Source of the DNA: Eledone cirrhosa
Taxonomy: Eukaryota
Direction: 5' to 3'
DNA: 64,000 nucleotides
Assembly (NCBI GenBank): GCA_964016885.1
Contig: OZ024740.1
Location: forward strand, 152,892,001 to 152,956,000
Positions 1-13,598 of this stretch are shown here, piece after piece. The stretch's first letter is position 1, and each line of letters opens with the position of its first letter. A program made the position numbers and the translations under genes. The notes beneath the pieces are model-generated. The model was given only the letters and a program-made list of their open reading frames with translations. It did no database searches and had not been told where the DNA came from.

Positions 1-93
1 CTTTGCCTTTCATCCTTACGGGGTCGATAAAATAAAGTACCAGTAATGCACTGGGTAATTGCTGGCCTTGTGCCTAAAGTAGAAACAATTATT
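1..93 (+). mobile_element. tRNA-derived SINE family A, 3' part
   Basis: GCCTTTCATCCTTACGGGGTCGATAAAATAAAGTACCAGT core followed by GGCCTTGTGCCTAAAGTAGAAACAATTATT tail; recurs more than 10 times in the window. Confidence 0.85.
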
Positions 94-154
94 AATATTC
101 GAAAAACTCAGATTACATTTATTGTATTCAGCCATGTAGAGCGAAACATTTTTA

Positions 155-238
<84 letters not shown>

Positions 239-1191
239 CAACCAGATACACACACGTGTGTGTTATTGTTGGAACTTCTCTTGATTCCGTGAACCAATTT
301 CATGATAATACGGTGCGTGAGAAAGCTGTCTCTTTACATTGATGGTACAACTAATTGTTTTCCAGGTATCAGGTATCTTGCTCAAGAATACAATGTTTCA
401 CCAGGAATTGAACTCGCGACCTTGTGATAAGCCGTGCGCCTTTCAACAGCAATGTCTATTTTTCTTGTGTATTCGTTGCTGTTATTTTCTGAGCTAGTGA
501 ATTCTTCCCGTTTATTATTGTTAAGGAATACATCATGTTCGAATGTTTAAGAAGTTCACCTCATAATTATTAGGCCCCGTGTACGATCCTATTTGAGTAA
601 GTGTCATTTACCAAAACTTCGAGTTAATCCAAACCTTGTGAGTGAATTTGGATTTAACCCATACCTTGTAAGTGAATTCGGATAGACGGAAACTCTTTGA
701 AAACTAATCAGACGGGTTGTTCTTGTAATTCAAAGACCTGTCTTGTGACACACTGGTTCATGCTGAATTTCCTTGAGAATTACTTTAAAGGTAAGCGTGC
801 CTATAGAATGCTCAGCCACGTATACATTAATTTCATGAACAGACTATTCTGTTGAACAGCCTACTCGTAAAATGCACGTGGTTGAACATTCCACAGACGC
901 GTGTACCCCTAACGTAATTCTCAGGAAGATTCGGCATGAAACAGTGTATGTTAACCGGACAAGCTTCTAAACTGTTTTAATCTACTCCGTTTTACTTGTG
1001 AGACTTTAGTAAATGACTATTTGAGCAAGCTTCCTCGTGATGGAATTGAACCCGGGAACCTATGGTTGCAGAGCGAACATTTTAACCATTTGGTGATGCA
1101 TCGACCAATTTATTTCGTCAAGCCTTTTGATACCAAACCTCCAAAAACCGCCCCTGCTTCTACAGTACAAAACTATGTTTTAGAATGTTTA

Positions 1192-1370
1192 CAGACCTGT
1201 CAACTCTCCCCGTTCGACGGGAAGATCTCCCACCCACTTTGGGATGGGTGAGAGATGTCTTCTCTTGTGAAAACGGATATAGTTTTCATTATGTAAAATC
1301 TCCCCATTTTGCCTCATTTCTCCCCGTTTTGGGAGCACTTTTCTTTTCATGGTATTCCCCGTTTGGTTTG
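1192..1370. mobile_element. Partial copy of the CAGACCTGYCAAC MITE (same family as 2938-3134)
   Basis: Begins CAGACCTGTCAACTCTCCCC and aligns with 2938-3110; no right TIR seen. Confidence 0.7.
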
Positions 1371-2004
1371 TTTTTTTTTCATCGGATTTTTTTGTAGGAA
1401 CCTTTGATAAGTTCCTAATACACGATAGATAATAGGAAAGTTTGTTATATTACTAAATCCACCAAAATTATTAATTATTTTCAAAATTATTTGAAAATTA
1501 TGAAAAGTGCATTTTATAAAAAAAAACATGGTCGTCAAGGAAAAGTATGATTGTTACTTCCCGCAATTGCACATATTCCTCGACGATCATCCTTTAATGG
1601 ATATCTCTAATTAGGAAACGTCTCTTTTGATTCTATTTGTCACTATACATACGATAAATATATATTTATTTTATACACGATATTTCCCCCTCCCCTTTTA
1701 AACAAACCAGTCACGAATAGAACCAACTGCCTTGGTTAACTAGTTTAGTATGGTGTCAACATTATAAAGATGTTATACCTTATTACAGTGACAACAATGT
1801 AAAAATGTAATACCTTAATATGGTCTCAACAATGTAAAGATGCAATACACTCAGAGAACTAACTGACTTGGTTAACTATTTTCGTACGCCGGAAATCGAA
1901 CCCATGACCTTACGATCGTGGGCTGAATACATCTAACCACTAAGCCAAACGCTTTCACCTGTAAATCTAATAAAACAGGATATATTACTATATCTAGTGT
2001 GACA

Positions 2005-2215
2005 GTGGTGGAATTGCTGAGTCGTTAAAACGTCTGACAAATGCTTAACACTATTTCCTACGGCTCTTTACGTTCTGAGCTCAAATCTCGCCGAGGTCAA
2101 CTTTCCGTTCATCCTTTCGAGGTCGATAAATTAAAGTGCCAGTAAAATACTGGAGACGGTATAATCGACTTTCCCCTCCCCACAAATGCTGGCCTTGTAC
2201 CTAAATGAGAAATCA
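2005..2215 (+). mobile_element. SINE family A, near full length
   Basis: tRNA-like head (GTTCTGAGCTCAAATCTCGCC, B-box-like), shared core and tail. Confidence 0.8.
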
Positions 2216-2234
2216 TCATTATATCTAGTATAAA

Positions 2235-2530
2235 GGTGCGTGACTTAGTGACAACCGTAACATCGTGATTTCGATTCACGTCGGCGCGTTGAGTTCTTCA
2301 GCAAGGTAATTTATTTCAGGTCGTCCCAGTCCACCCAGCTGATAAAAATGAATTGTACCTGTAGTTAATAGGGCCATCCTTGTCCCACAACGTGTCATGC
2401 TGTATCTTCCCGAGAACTACGTTAAGGATACACGTATCTGTGGAATGCGCAACCACTCGCACATTAATTTCACAAGTAAGCTGTTCTGTTGATTGAATCA
2501 ACTGGAACACTCGTCGTCAGAAACGACGGA
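2235..2530 (+). mobile_element. SINE family B (CORE-like)
   Basis: tRNA-like head, then CTTCAGCAAGG..CCACCCAGCTG; 3' part shared with 720-860 and 9440-9710. Confidence 0.55.
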
Positions 2531-2562
2531 GGTCCAACAACGTTATACCTAATTTTTAAGGT

Positions 2563-2783
2563 AATGGGTTTGGCAGAATCCTTAGATCATCAGATAAAAT
2601 GACTTACTGTATTTAGTTACGGAACTTTACATTCTGAGTTCAAATCCCTCCAAGGTTAACTTTGCCTTTCATCCTTACGGGGTCAATAAAATAAAGTGCC
2701 AGTAGCACTGGGGTCGATTTAATCGACTTTCCCCTCATCACTTTAAATTGATGGCCTTGTGCCTAAAGTAGAAACAATTATTA
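2563..2783 (+). mobile_element. SINE family A
   Basis: TTCTGAGTTCAAATCCC head, core and tail. Confidence 0.85.
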
Positions 2784-2937
2784 CATCTACTTCATTGCGC
2801 GAAAATCCGGTTGACTTGAGAAACATTAAAGTAATTATAAATTTGAAATGTAGTCATCCAAATTTAAATGAAGATAACAAGTCAGTCTCTATAAATAATA
2901 GTTAAGAAAATCGGTTAAAGTAGCCTTGCTACCACAC

Positions 2938-3134
2938 CAGACCTGTCAACTCTCCCCATCCGACGAGGTGACCTCCCATCCGCTCTGGGGTGGGTGAGAG
3001 ATGTCTTCTCTTGTGAAAATGGGTATAGCTTTCATTATGTAAAATTTCCCTATTTTGCCTAATTTCTCCCCGTTTGGGGGCACTTTTTTTTTCATGGTAC
3101 TCTCCGTTTGGGTTTTTAGAGGTTGGCAGGTCTG
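2938..3134. mobile_element. MITE with CAGACCTGYCAAC TIRs and 6-bp TSD
   Basis: CAGACCTGTCAAC...GTTGGCAGGTCTG, flanked on both sides by CCACAC (2932-2937, 3135-3140). Confidence 0.85.
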
Positions 3135-3344
3135 CCACACTGATGGCAATAAAATAACTACCAGTAATGTATTTCAATCCAACGAAAAACAAAACAAAAA
3201 AGATTGTTTTGTGCCTCTAAGAAATAAAAATGTGAACTTGTGATGTTCATGCATTTCCCAAAAACCGTAGAAGGGTAAATGAATCAAAACATTTTACACC
3301 TGATAAACAAAACGCGACCGTGTTCTCAACTCATGAAGATTGAC

Positions 3345-4288
3345 TTTCATTTCATCTGTAGTCATCATATACTCTCCGATGTCTGTTGTAGACATAACAT
3401 GCTCTCTAATTTCATCTGTAGTCATCACATACTCTCCAATGTATGTTGTAGACATCACATGTTCTCCAATTTCATCTGGAGTCATCACATACTCTCCAAT
3501 TTCATCTTTAGCCATCACATACTCTCCAATTTCATATTTAGTCATCACATGCTCTCCAGTGTCTGTTGTAGACATCACATACTCTCCAATTTCAGCTGTA
3601 GTCATCACATACTCTCCAATTTCGTCTTTAGACATCACATACTCTCCAATTTCGTCTTTAGACATCACATACTCTCCAATTTCATCTTTAGTCATCACAT
3701 GGTCTCCAATTTCATCTTTAGTCATCACATACTCTCCAATGTCTGCTGCAGACATCACATGCTCTCCAATTTCATCTTTAGTTATCACATACTCTCCAAT
3801 TTCATCTTTAGTCATCACATACTCTCCAATGTCTGTTGTAGATATCAAATACTCTCCAATTTCGTCTTTAGACATCACATACTCTCCAATGTCTGTTGTA
3901 GACATCACATACTCTCCAATTTTATTTTTAGTCATCACATACTCTCCAATTTCATCTTTAGTCACATACTCTCCAATTTTATCTGTAGACATCACACACT
4001 CTCTAATTTCATCTTTAGATATCACACACTCTCCAATTTCATCTATAGTCATCACATACTCTCCAATATCATCTGTAGTCATCACATACTCTCCAATATA
4101 ATCTGTTATAGACATCAAATACTCTCCACTTACATCTGTAGACATTAGATACTCTCCAATTTCATCTTTAGACATCACATACTCTCCAATTTCATCTGTA
4201 GTCATCACATACTCTCCAACTTCTGCTGTAGTCATCACATACTCTCCAATTTCTGTTGTAGACATCACATACTCTCCAATTTCTGTTG
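3345..4288. repeat. 30-bp minisatellite, about 31 units (GTCATCACATACTCTCCAATTTCATCTTTA)
   Basis: Direct tandem periodicity; minus strand reads (MTKDEIGEYV)n. Confidence 0.95.
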
Positions 4289-5734
4289 ATATTATCTGCT
4301 GGTTACGACTCCTGGCAGAAGAAAAAGGATTTGAACTCAGAATACATAGAGCGAAAACAGCTCCTGCAAAGCATCCTGTCCGAATGTTTAAGCATTCCGC
4401 TAATTCACCGCCTCTGGACAGATACTGTTTTTAGTTTGGTGCCGGAGGGATTTCTGACCTTCCATTTTCTGTACAACATTTGTCAATAAAAGCAAATTTA
4501 GTGAGATAGGATGTGGGCAGAAATTCCTCAACTGAACTTTGCTATCTTGGTTACTCCATCGACACCCTAAATATATACAACTTTTCTGACAGAAACAACA
4601 CCAATCTCCACAAGTAAAGTGCACTTATATAATTTTACTTCTCTTTTCTAATATTGTTTGTCACACACAGCTTACCAGAAAGAGGGAAAGGAAACATCTG
4701 GCTTGGTGATATAAAATGTTTGTGTTTATTCATCAACCATCATGTTTACAAAGCTGTCTTTGTGGTCAATGTTATCTCGTTCAGTCTGCTGATAAAAAGA
4801 TGCTCTGTTTTCCACTCCTTCTCTCTCTTTCTCCACGATCATTCCCCGCTATCTCAGTTCTCTTTGCAATTTATGTTACACAGTCTTGGTTTATCTTATC
4901 ATTCAACCGTGCTTTCCACGTATTGCACTTAGTGTTCACCTCATTCAGTTCAAACGTAATTATCTCCCTTGCTTTTAGATATAGTTTTTTTTTTCTTTTC
5001 TTTTCTTTCATTAATTCTTAAAGTTTATTGCGATTTTTTTGTGCCTTCAGTACACAACACAAGTCTGTTTTTCAATGCCGCTTGGATTCAAGTTAGCCGC
5101 CAATTCATTGTAAGTGACGTAAATTAATATTTTATCTTCATTGTCAAATTGATATAATTGCCTTTTCAAAGAATACAATTGTTTATTTTGTAAATTTATT
5201 AATACTATCTGAATATATTTAAATAATACTATTTATTAAAGTAAAGCGGTGGATTGACAGGGTTTAAGATTTCTGCGCTCCGATATCAAATAGTTCAAAT
5301 CTAATTGAGATTAACTTTGCTTCTCATCGTTAAATAAGGTGCTTGTCTAGTATTGGTTTCAATTTGTCTTCTTTTTCAAACACTCTCTTTGCCTCTCCTT
5401 TTTGAGAAAAGCTCGGTTGTATTCAGACCTGGAAAGGGGATGGTCTCCGCTGGGTTTAAATTGTCCAAGGCATACAACAGTGCCTCTATGACTCCGTCAG
5501 GAACTTACAGTCATATAAAAATAATAATGAAAGGGAGGAAACATTAATGTTAATGGCAGAGGCCGTAGAACAATGAACAAAATGGTTTCTGGTATTTAGC
5601 TACTTATCTTTACATTCTGAGTTATGCATTTCATGTCATCGGGTTAATTATAATATTTACCATAACATATTGAAGTAGTGAGCCTATCTTTCCCTCAATT
5701 CCCGTCTTTTGGTTTGAGCGAAATCATATAATAA

Positions 5735-5912
5735 TTGTTTCTACTTTTGGCACAAGGCCAGCAATTATCCCAGTACATTACTGGTACTTTATTTTATCGA
5801 CCCCGTAAAAATGAAAGGCAAAGTTAACCTCGGCGGGATTTGAACTCGGACCGTAATGAGACATAACTATGCTAGAAAGCATGACGTCCAACTCTCTACA
5901 GATACTGCCAAT
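5735..5912 (-). mobile_element. SINE family A
   Basis: Reverse complement of the core (ACTGGTACTTTATTTTATCGACCCCGTA) and head (GGGATTTGAACTC). Confidence 0.85.
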
Positions 5913-5931
5913 CGAGTCGATCGTTATAAAT

Positions 5932-6355
5932 CAAAGGTTCTCAAAATGGGTGCTACCACCTCCCGGGGTCGTTGAGAAGGTCCAGGGGCCGCTGGGGCCC
6001 AATGGAGCGCTAGAGATGATATACTATATTAAATATCAAATAACATATATATATATATATATAGTAAAATAAAAAATATATAATGTTTATTTATACATAT
6101 TATACGAGGTTGACTTTGCCTTTCATCCTTACGGGGTCGATAAAATAAAGTACCAGTAGTGCACTGGGTAATTGCTGGCCTTGTGCCTAAAGTAGAAACA
6201 ATTATTTTATTATTATATATAAATTAACGATTTTATATTTTGTATATTATTTACAATTTCCGCGTATGCAGGTCTCTCTGCAAATACGGGTGGGGGCGCT
6301 GAGGGTATTACGTGGTCGTGAGGGGGCGGTGGCCCAGAAAGTTTGAGAACCTCTG
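5932..6355. mobile_element. hAT-like MITE with a SINE A fragment (6105-6206) inserted
   Basis: TIRs CAAAGGTTCTCAAA / TTTGAGAACCTCTG; GC-rich subterminal blocks; TSD not clean. Confidence 0.65.
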
Positions 6356-6358
6356 TAA

Positions 6359-6480
6359 ATAATAGTTAATGAAATCAAGTAAAGTACTGCTGGAGCGGGG
6401 GGGGGGGACAGTGGCACCTTCGTCTGTTCACTTTTTCTCCGTCTCCAGAGGTACTTAACCTGATTTTCTTAACTATTATT
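6359..6480. repeat. Small palindromic element
   Basis: TAATAGTTAATGAAATCAAGTAAAGTAC..CTGGAG versus CTCCAG..GTACTTAACCTGATTTTCTTAACTATTA; partial copy near 2896. Confidence 0.55.
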
Positions 6481-7251
6481 TATAATTATCAACCATTATT
6501 ATTATCATTATGGACATTTGCGTTGGCATGCACATATTTCAAATTTTCACAAGACTTGTTTAAATATAATTAAAACCAGAGAATAGCAAAGTCGGTAGAG
6601 TGTAGGATTAAATATTTTATAGTGTTTAGTTTCAGCCTTCTAGATTCAAATCCCACTCTGACTGATTTTGATTTTCTCATTTCGAGGTTTGTTGTTATTT
6701 AACTCCAGTCACACATAAGCAGACATGTGATCAACGACATTCCAGCTATGACCATCCGTTCTTTTTAGAGGTGTCTAGGAATGTATTGCCCAATATGTCC
6801 TTTCCTATTTTCAAAATAGTGACGTGTAATTTGAGAAAATTGGTTGGTATTTCTAGTTAGTCGAGCAGTCATGTGGAGGCCCTCTCGTTGGATAGATAAA
6901 ATAAGTCAATCATGTGTGTGAGGTCGATTCAATCGATTATATATAGCCCCAATCTCTTCAGCAAACATCTAGCTTTCAGGCTAAGGGTTGTGTCAGAGGA
7001 CTGCATTAAATACCTTGCTGTATTTAGTTTTACAATTCTGTTTACAATTTAAAACCTTACAGTCATTCCATTTGTATTGATAAAATAAGCTGCTTCAATT
7101 ATATACTGGCGCAAGCATAGCTGTATGGTTAAAGTGTTAGTTTCGCAATCATGTGATTCTGGGTTCAATCCCATTGCGCGGAACCATCGGCATGTCTTTT
7201 ACTATAGCATTAGGTTAACCTATACCTTGCGAATAGAATTTCGTAAACAAA

Positions 7252-7291
<40 letters not shown>

Positions 7292-7350
7292 CACACACAC
7301 ATACATACATGTGCATGGTGTATCTCTCTGTATGTTAGTGTATTTATGTA

Positions 7351-7875
7351 CAGGGTGGTCCGAAAGTCTTGTCACCCCTACATGTTGTTTTAACTGCATA
7401 GTTATTACACCCTTGCCATTCTGAGCTCAAATCCCCCGGAGGTTAACTTTGCCTTTAATCCTTACGGGGTCGATAAAATAAAGTACCAGTAATGCACTGA
7501 GTAATTGCTGGCCTTGTGCCAAAAGTAGAAACAATTATTTTTTTGTTTTAATAATATAATATATATCATCATTAATTATAATGGATTGGCAGTATCGGTA
7601 GAGGGTCGGACGTCATGCTTTCCAGCATAGTTACGTCCCTTTACGATCTGAGTTCAAATCCAGCCGAGGTTGACTTTGCCTTTCATACTACGGGGTCGAT
7701 AAAATAAAGTACCAGTAATGCACTGGGTAATTGCTGGCCTTGTGCCTAAAGTAGAAACAATTAATTATAATATATAATAGTTTTAATCGTTTAAGCCAAC
7801 ATTCGTCAACGAACTAAGCGATAACGACATGGACAAAAGACGTGGTAGGGGTGACAAGACTTTCGGACCACCCTG
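7351..7875. mobile_element. Tc1/mariner-type MITE carrying two SINE A insertions (7420-7538, 7583-7762)
   Basis: About 31-bp TIR CAGGGTGGTCCGAAAGTCTTGTCACCCCTAC / GTAGGGGTGACAAGACTTTCGGACCACCCTG, preceded by TA. Confidence 0.85.
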
Positions 7876-7941
7876 TTCAACAAAAAAGAAAGTACCAGAC
7901 CTAAAAAAAATAATTATTAGAGTCAATATGATAAAATAAAA

Positions 7942-8044
7942 TCCCGTCGAGGTAAACTTTGCCTTTCATCCTTACGGGGTCGATAAAATAAAGTACCAGT
8001 AATGTACTGAGTAATCGTTGGCCTTGTGCCTAAAGTAGAAACAA
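7942..8044 (+). mobile_element. SINE family A, 3' part
   Basis: Core and tail. Confidence 0.8.
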
Positions 8045-8726
8045 TATGATAAAATAAATTCAAGACAGTGCCACATTATGGTAGATCAATGTCCCAACAT
8101 TCCGACTTTATTTCTTCAACACTTTCTTAACCTTTGGATACCACATTTCTAAGTAAAGACGCCGTCTATAACATTCAAATCGTTTTGAAAACATATAGAG
8201 AGATTTAGTAAGATAACTTTCTCATTATTCATCTGGTATTAGGAACAAAACTTAACAAAGGTTCCTAAATAAAATTATAATGGAAGATTTTAAAATAGAT
8301 ATCAACATTTTAAAACAAATTGTTTTTTTAGTGTGGAGCTCGAGGTGGTTTCAAGCAGTTTGTTGTGAGAATATTTAATAACGCAAATTTTTAAATAAAA
8401 TTTTGTAGAGATACGTTTCGAACATTTAGAATACAACTGTTCACTGTTTTAATGGTCCCAGTCATTAGATTCTGGCTTAGCTGGAGCACCACTTTGTTGA
8501 TGAAATTTTTTTATTTTCGCAATTCAGAATTTTATAAATAACATTACATTCCAGTATAAAATCTGACATTATCCTGGTTGATATTATTTATTATCAACAT
8601 GAAGAATGATGAAAATATTACTGAATTTACGTTTAGCCTACTGCAAATACAGATCGAAAGTATTTAATAAATGAATGCATTAAAATAATGAAACTTTCTC
8701 TTAAAATTTCAGCTATTATTATTATT

Positions 8727-9176
8727 GGTGGGCTGGTTGTATCGGTAGAGCATCGGACACCATGCTTTGTTGCATTTAGTTACGGCCTTTTGCGTTCTGA
8801 GTTCAAATACCATCGAGGTTAACTTTGCCTTTCATCCTTACAGGATCGATAAAATAAAGTACCAGTTACGCACTGGGGTCGATTTAATCGACTTTCTCCT
8901 CCCCCAAAATTGATGGCCTTGTGCTTATTTAAGAAACCATTATATGTCTGCTGGATCATAGTTGACGTGGGGTTAAACAAGAACACGGTGGATTGGCAGT
9001 ATCGGTAGAGGGTCGGATGCCATGCTTTGCAGCTAAGAGTTACGGCCCTTTATGGCCTGAGTTCAAATCCCGCCAAGGTTAACTTTGCCTTTCATCCTTA
9101 CGGGGTTTATAAAATAAAGTACAGTATTGTACTGAGTAATTGCTGGCCTTGTGCCAAAAGTAGAAACAATTATTAT
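8727..9176 (+). mobile_element. Two SINE family A copies (8727-8942, 8987-9176)
   Basis: Head, core and tail present in both. Confidence 0.85.
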
Positions 9177-9927
9177 TACTTTGATATCTCAGTCACTGAT
9201 GTTATTTAACCGGAAAATTTGCCCTAACGAACATCCAGCCGCTACCTGCAGCCTCAGGACGTATCGGAGAGTCCTTGCTGTTCCCAGTAAGCATGCCTTT
9301 TGGAGTATTCCAAGAAATGGAGCTGGGCTAATGTTCTTTAACCAGCATTGGAAACTCTTCAAGATAGTACCTAGTGTTTTAATGTTTCTTAAGTAACCAG
9401 ATGCTCATAAAGTTGTCTTGTTCAAGAACACAACGCGTATTTTAGTAGTTAGGGTGTTCGATATTTGATCGCAAGTATAATTTTCGGACGAGGCGATTCG
9501 TTGTATCCTTAAGCAAGACAACGTATTTAAAGTTGTTCCAGTCCACTCAGCTAGAAAGAATGAGTTATATGTGTATTTGACAATTTGTTGTGCTGAATCT
9601 CCCTTAGAATTAAGTTATGCGTGCTCCTGTCCGTGAAATGCTCGGCCACTTGCATGTGAATTTCACAAGCAGGCTGTTCCATTGTTCAAACAACTAGAAC
9701 ACTCATCTCCAAGGGTACTTTACCCGATTTCTTCAACTATTATTATAGTGATCTGCATTGTGGTGACTATTTTCAAACACACACACATACACACACACGT
9801 GTTTATACATACACACACATATTACACATGTTTCATGTCGATCAGCTCAAAGAACGATCGATTAATGATCGATCATAACTCTGGAATCGGAAGCTCCTCA
9901 GATGTTTTCACATATAGTAGACTCGCG

Positions 9928-9943
9928 TCTCTCTCTCTCTCTA

Positions 9944-9976
<33 letters not shown>

Positions 9977-10041
9977 CTATATATCTCTCTCTATATATAT
10001 ATATATCTATATATCTCTCTCTCTCTATATATATATATCTA

Positions 10042-10120
<79 letters not shown>

Positions 10121-10580
10121 CTATATATATATATAATATATCTATATATATATATATATATCTATATATATATATATATATATCTATATATATATATATA
10201 TATCTATATATATATATATATATATATATCTATATATATATCTATATATATATATATCTATATATATATATATATATCTATATATATATATATATATCTA
10301 TATATCTATATATATCTATATATATATATATATATATCTATATATATCTATATATATATATCTATATCTATATATATATATATATATATCTATATATATA
10401 TATATCTATCTATATATATATATCTATCTATATATATATATATCTATATATATATATATATATCTATCTATATATATATATATCTATATATATATATATA
10501 TATCTATCTATATATATATATATCTATATATATATATATATATCTATATATATATATATATATATCTATATATATATATA

Positions 10581-10625
<45 letters not shown>

Positions 10626-10872
10626 ATATATATATATATATCTATATATATATATCTATATATATATATATATATCTATATATATATATATATATCTATA
10701 TATATATATATATATCTATATATATATATATATATATCTATATATATATATATATATCTATATATATATATATATATATCTATATATATATATATATATA
10801 TCTATATATATATATATATATCTATATATATATATCTATATATATATATATATATCTATATATATATATATA

Positions 10873-10939
<67 letters not shown>

Positions 10940-10962
10940 ATATATATATATATATATATATA

Positions 10963-11011
<49 letters not shown>

Positions 11012-11088
11012 ATCTATATATATATATATATATATATATCTATATATATATATATATATATCTATATATATATATCTATATATATATA

Positions 11089-11127
<39 letters not shown>

Positions 11128-11268
11128 ATATATATATATATATATCTATATATATATATATATATCTATATATATATATATATATCTATATATATATCTA
11201 TATATATATATATATCTATATATATATATATATATCTATATATATATCTATATATATATATATATATC

Positions 11269-11361
<93 letters not shown>

Positions 11362-11406
11362 ATATATATATATCTATATATATATATATATATCTATATA
11401 TATATA

Positions 11407-11439
<33 letters not shown>

Positions 11440-11486
11440 ATATATATATATCTATATATATATATCTATATATATATATATATATA

Positions 11487-11525
<39 letters not shown>

Positions 11526-11558
11526 ATATATATATATCTATATATATATATATATATA

Positions 11559-11609
<51 letters not shown>

Positions 11610-12108
11610 ATATATATATATCTATATATATCTATATATATATATCTATATATATATCTATATATATATATATCTATCTATATATATCTATATATATATA
11701 TCTATATATATATATATCTATATATATATATCTATATATATCTATATATATATATCTATATATATATCTATATATATATCTATCTATCTATATATATCTA
11801 TATATATATATATCTATATATATCTATATATATATCTATATATATCTATATATATATCTATATATATCTATATATATCTATATATATATCTATATATATC
11901 TATATATATCTATATATATATATATATATATCTATATATATATATATATATCTATATATATATATCTATATATATATATATATATATATCTATATATATC
12001 TATATATATCTATATATATCTATATATATCTATATATATCTATATATATCTATATATATATATATCTATATATATATATATATATATCTATATATATATA
12101 TATATATA

Positions 12109-12163
<55 letters not shown>

Positions 12164-12192
12164 ATATATATATATATCTATATATATATATA

Positions 12193-12243
<51 letters not shown>

Positions 12244-12256
12244 ATATATATATATA

Positions 12257-12317
<61 letters not shown>

Positions 12318-12380
12318 ATATATATCTATATATATATATATATCTATATATATATCTATATATATATATCTATATATATA

Positions 12381-12439
<59 letters not shown>

Positions 12440-12518
12440 ATATATATATATATATATATCTATATATATATATATCTATATATATATATATATATCTATA
12501 TATATATATATATATATA

Positions 12519-12589
<71 letters not shown>

Positions 12590-12905
12590 ATATATATATA
12601 TATATATATCTATATATATCTATATATATCTATATATATATCTATATATATATATATATATATCTATATATATATATATATATATCTATATATATCTATA
12701 TATATATCTATATATATCTATATATATATCTATATATATATATATATATATCTATATATATCTCTATATATATATATCTATATATATATATCTATATATA
12801 TCTCTATATATATATATCTATATATATATATCTATATATATCTCTATATATATCTCTATATATATCTATCTATATATCTATCTATCTATCTATATATCTA
12901 TATAT
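9928..12905. repeat. About 3-kb (TA)n microsatellite with TC interruptions, (CT)n at left edge
   Basis: Direct reading. Confidence 0.98.
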
Positions 12906-13156
12906 AATTTTCATAAGGAAAGTATATACTTTCGAACGTTCAACCATCTGGCAGAAGGGTATACGGTGCTGATGATAGCTAACAAGCTTGAAACTAGTAC
13001 ATCGTTCCTGTGTCAGTGTTGAACAAAAAGGTGACGTGGTTGCCTTAACACCGTACGGCATAAATTCAGGCTGTTCAGTTTGTTTACAAACGAACAAAGC
13101 GGGCGTTATAATAAGCGTCCGCTAAACTGTTACGTACATATATGTATGTGTACCTG

Positions 13157-13228
<72 letters not shown>

Positions 13229-13350
13229 TATATGCATGCTACTGTACGTCTGTATACATATATGTATGTACGTATACATACATACTTACATTTAAGTAAG
13301 TGCCGTACTAAGAGTGAGAAATGAAATTTCGTTTTCATTTTATTACAACT
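12906..13350 (+). mobile_element. Retrozyme-like HHR element, copy 1
   Basis: Homologous to 48821-49480; contains HHR; flanked by TA/TATC repeats. Confidence 0.75.
12963..13005 (+). ncRNA. Minimal type-I hammerhead ribozyme
   Basis: ACGGTG-CTGATGA-tAGCTaacaAGCTt-GAAAC-TA-GTA^-CATCGT; stems I and II pair; palindromic stem III ACTAGT. Confidence 0.9.
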
Positions 13351-13598
13351 TATATATCTATATATATCTATCTATCTATCTACGGGATGGACACACGCGT
13401 ATAACTTGCTGAGTAAGTTCTGTTTAAATTTCTATAGAAATTCTTGTCTGATAACTTTAATTTTTGTACCATTTTGTAGAGGGACTGCCAGGTCAAACTT
13501 TGATCTGGTCAGTCTCTCAAAATATTCTACGCCTTTAGGCGAAATAGTTAAACAAAAAAAAAAAGTTTTTTCTTGTTGAAAAGTCAATATATTTTTAA

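Noticed and set aside
1040-1100. tRNA-like sequence (also 1890-1950 and 7110-7175)
   Set aside because: Only degenerate A/B-box heads of SINEs; no complete cloverleaf.
3345-4288. CRISPR-like periodicity
   Set aside because: Head-to-tail 30-mers without unique spacers; eukaryotic context and no cas genes.
4660-4980. Possible minus-strand exon ending at a GTAAG donor near 4675
   Set aside because: Stops in the frames examined and no recognisable domain.
9682-12972. 1000-aa ORFs of YI/IY repeats (also 18919-20430, 51674-55828, 59486-62964)
   Set aside because: Translations of (TA)n microsatellites, which lack stop codons; not genes.
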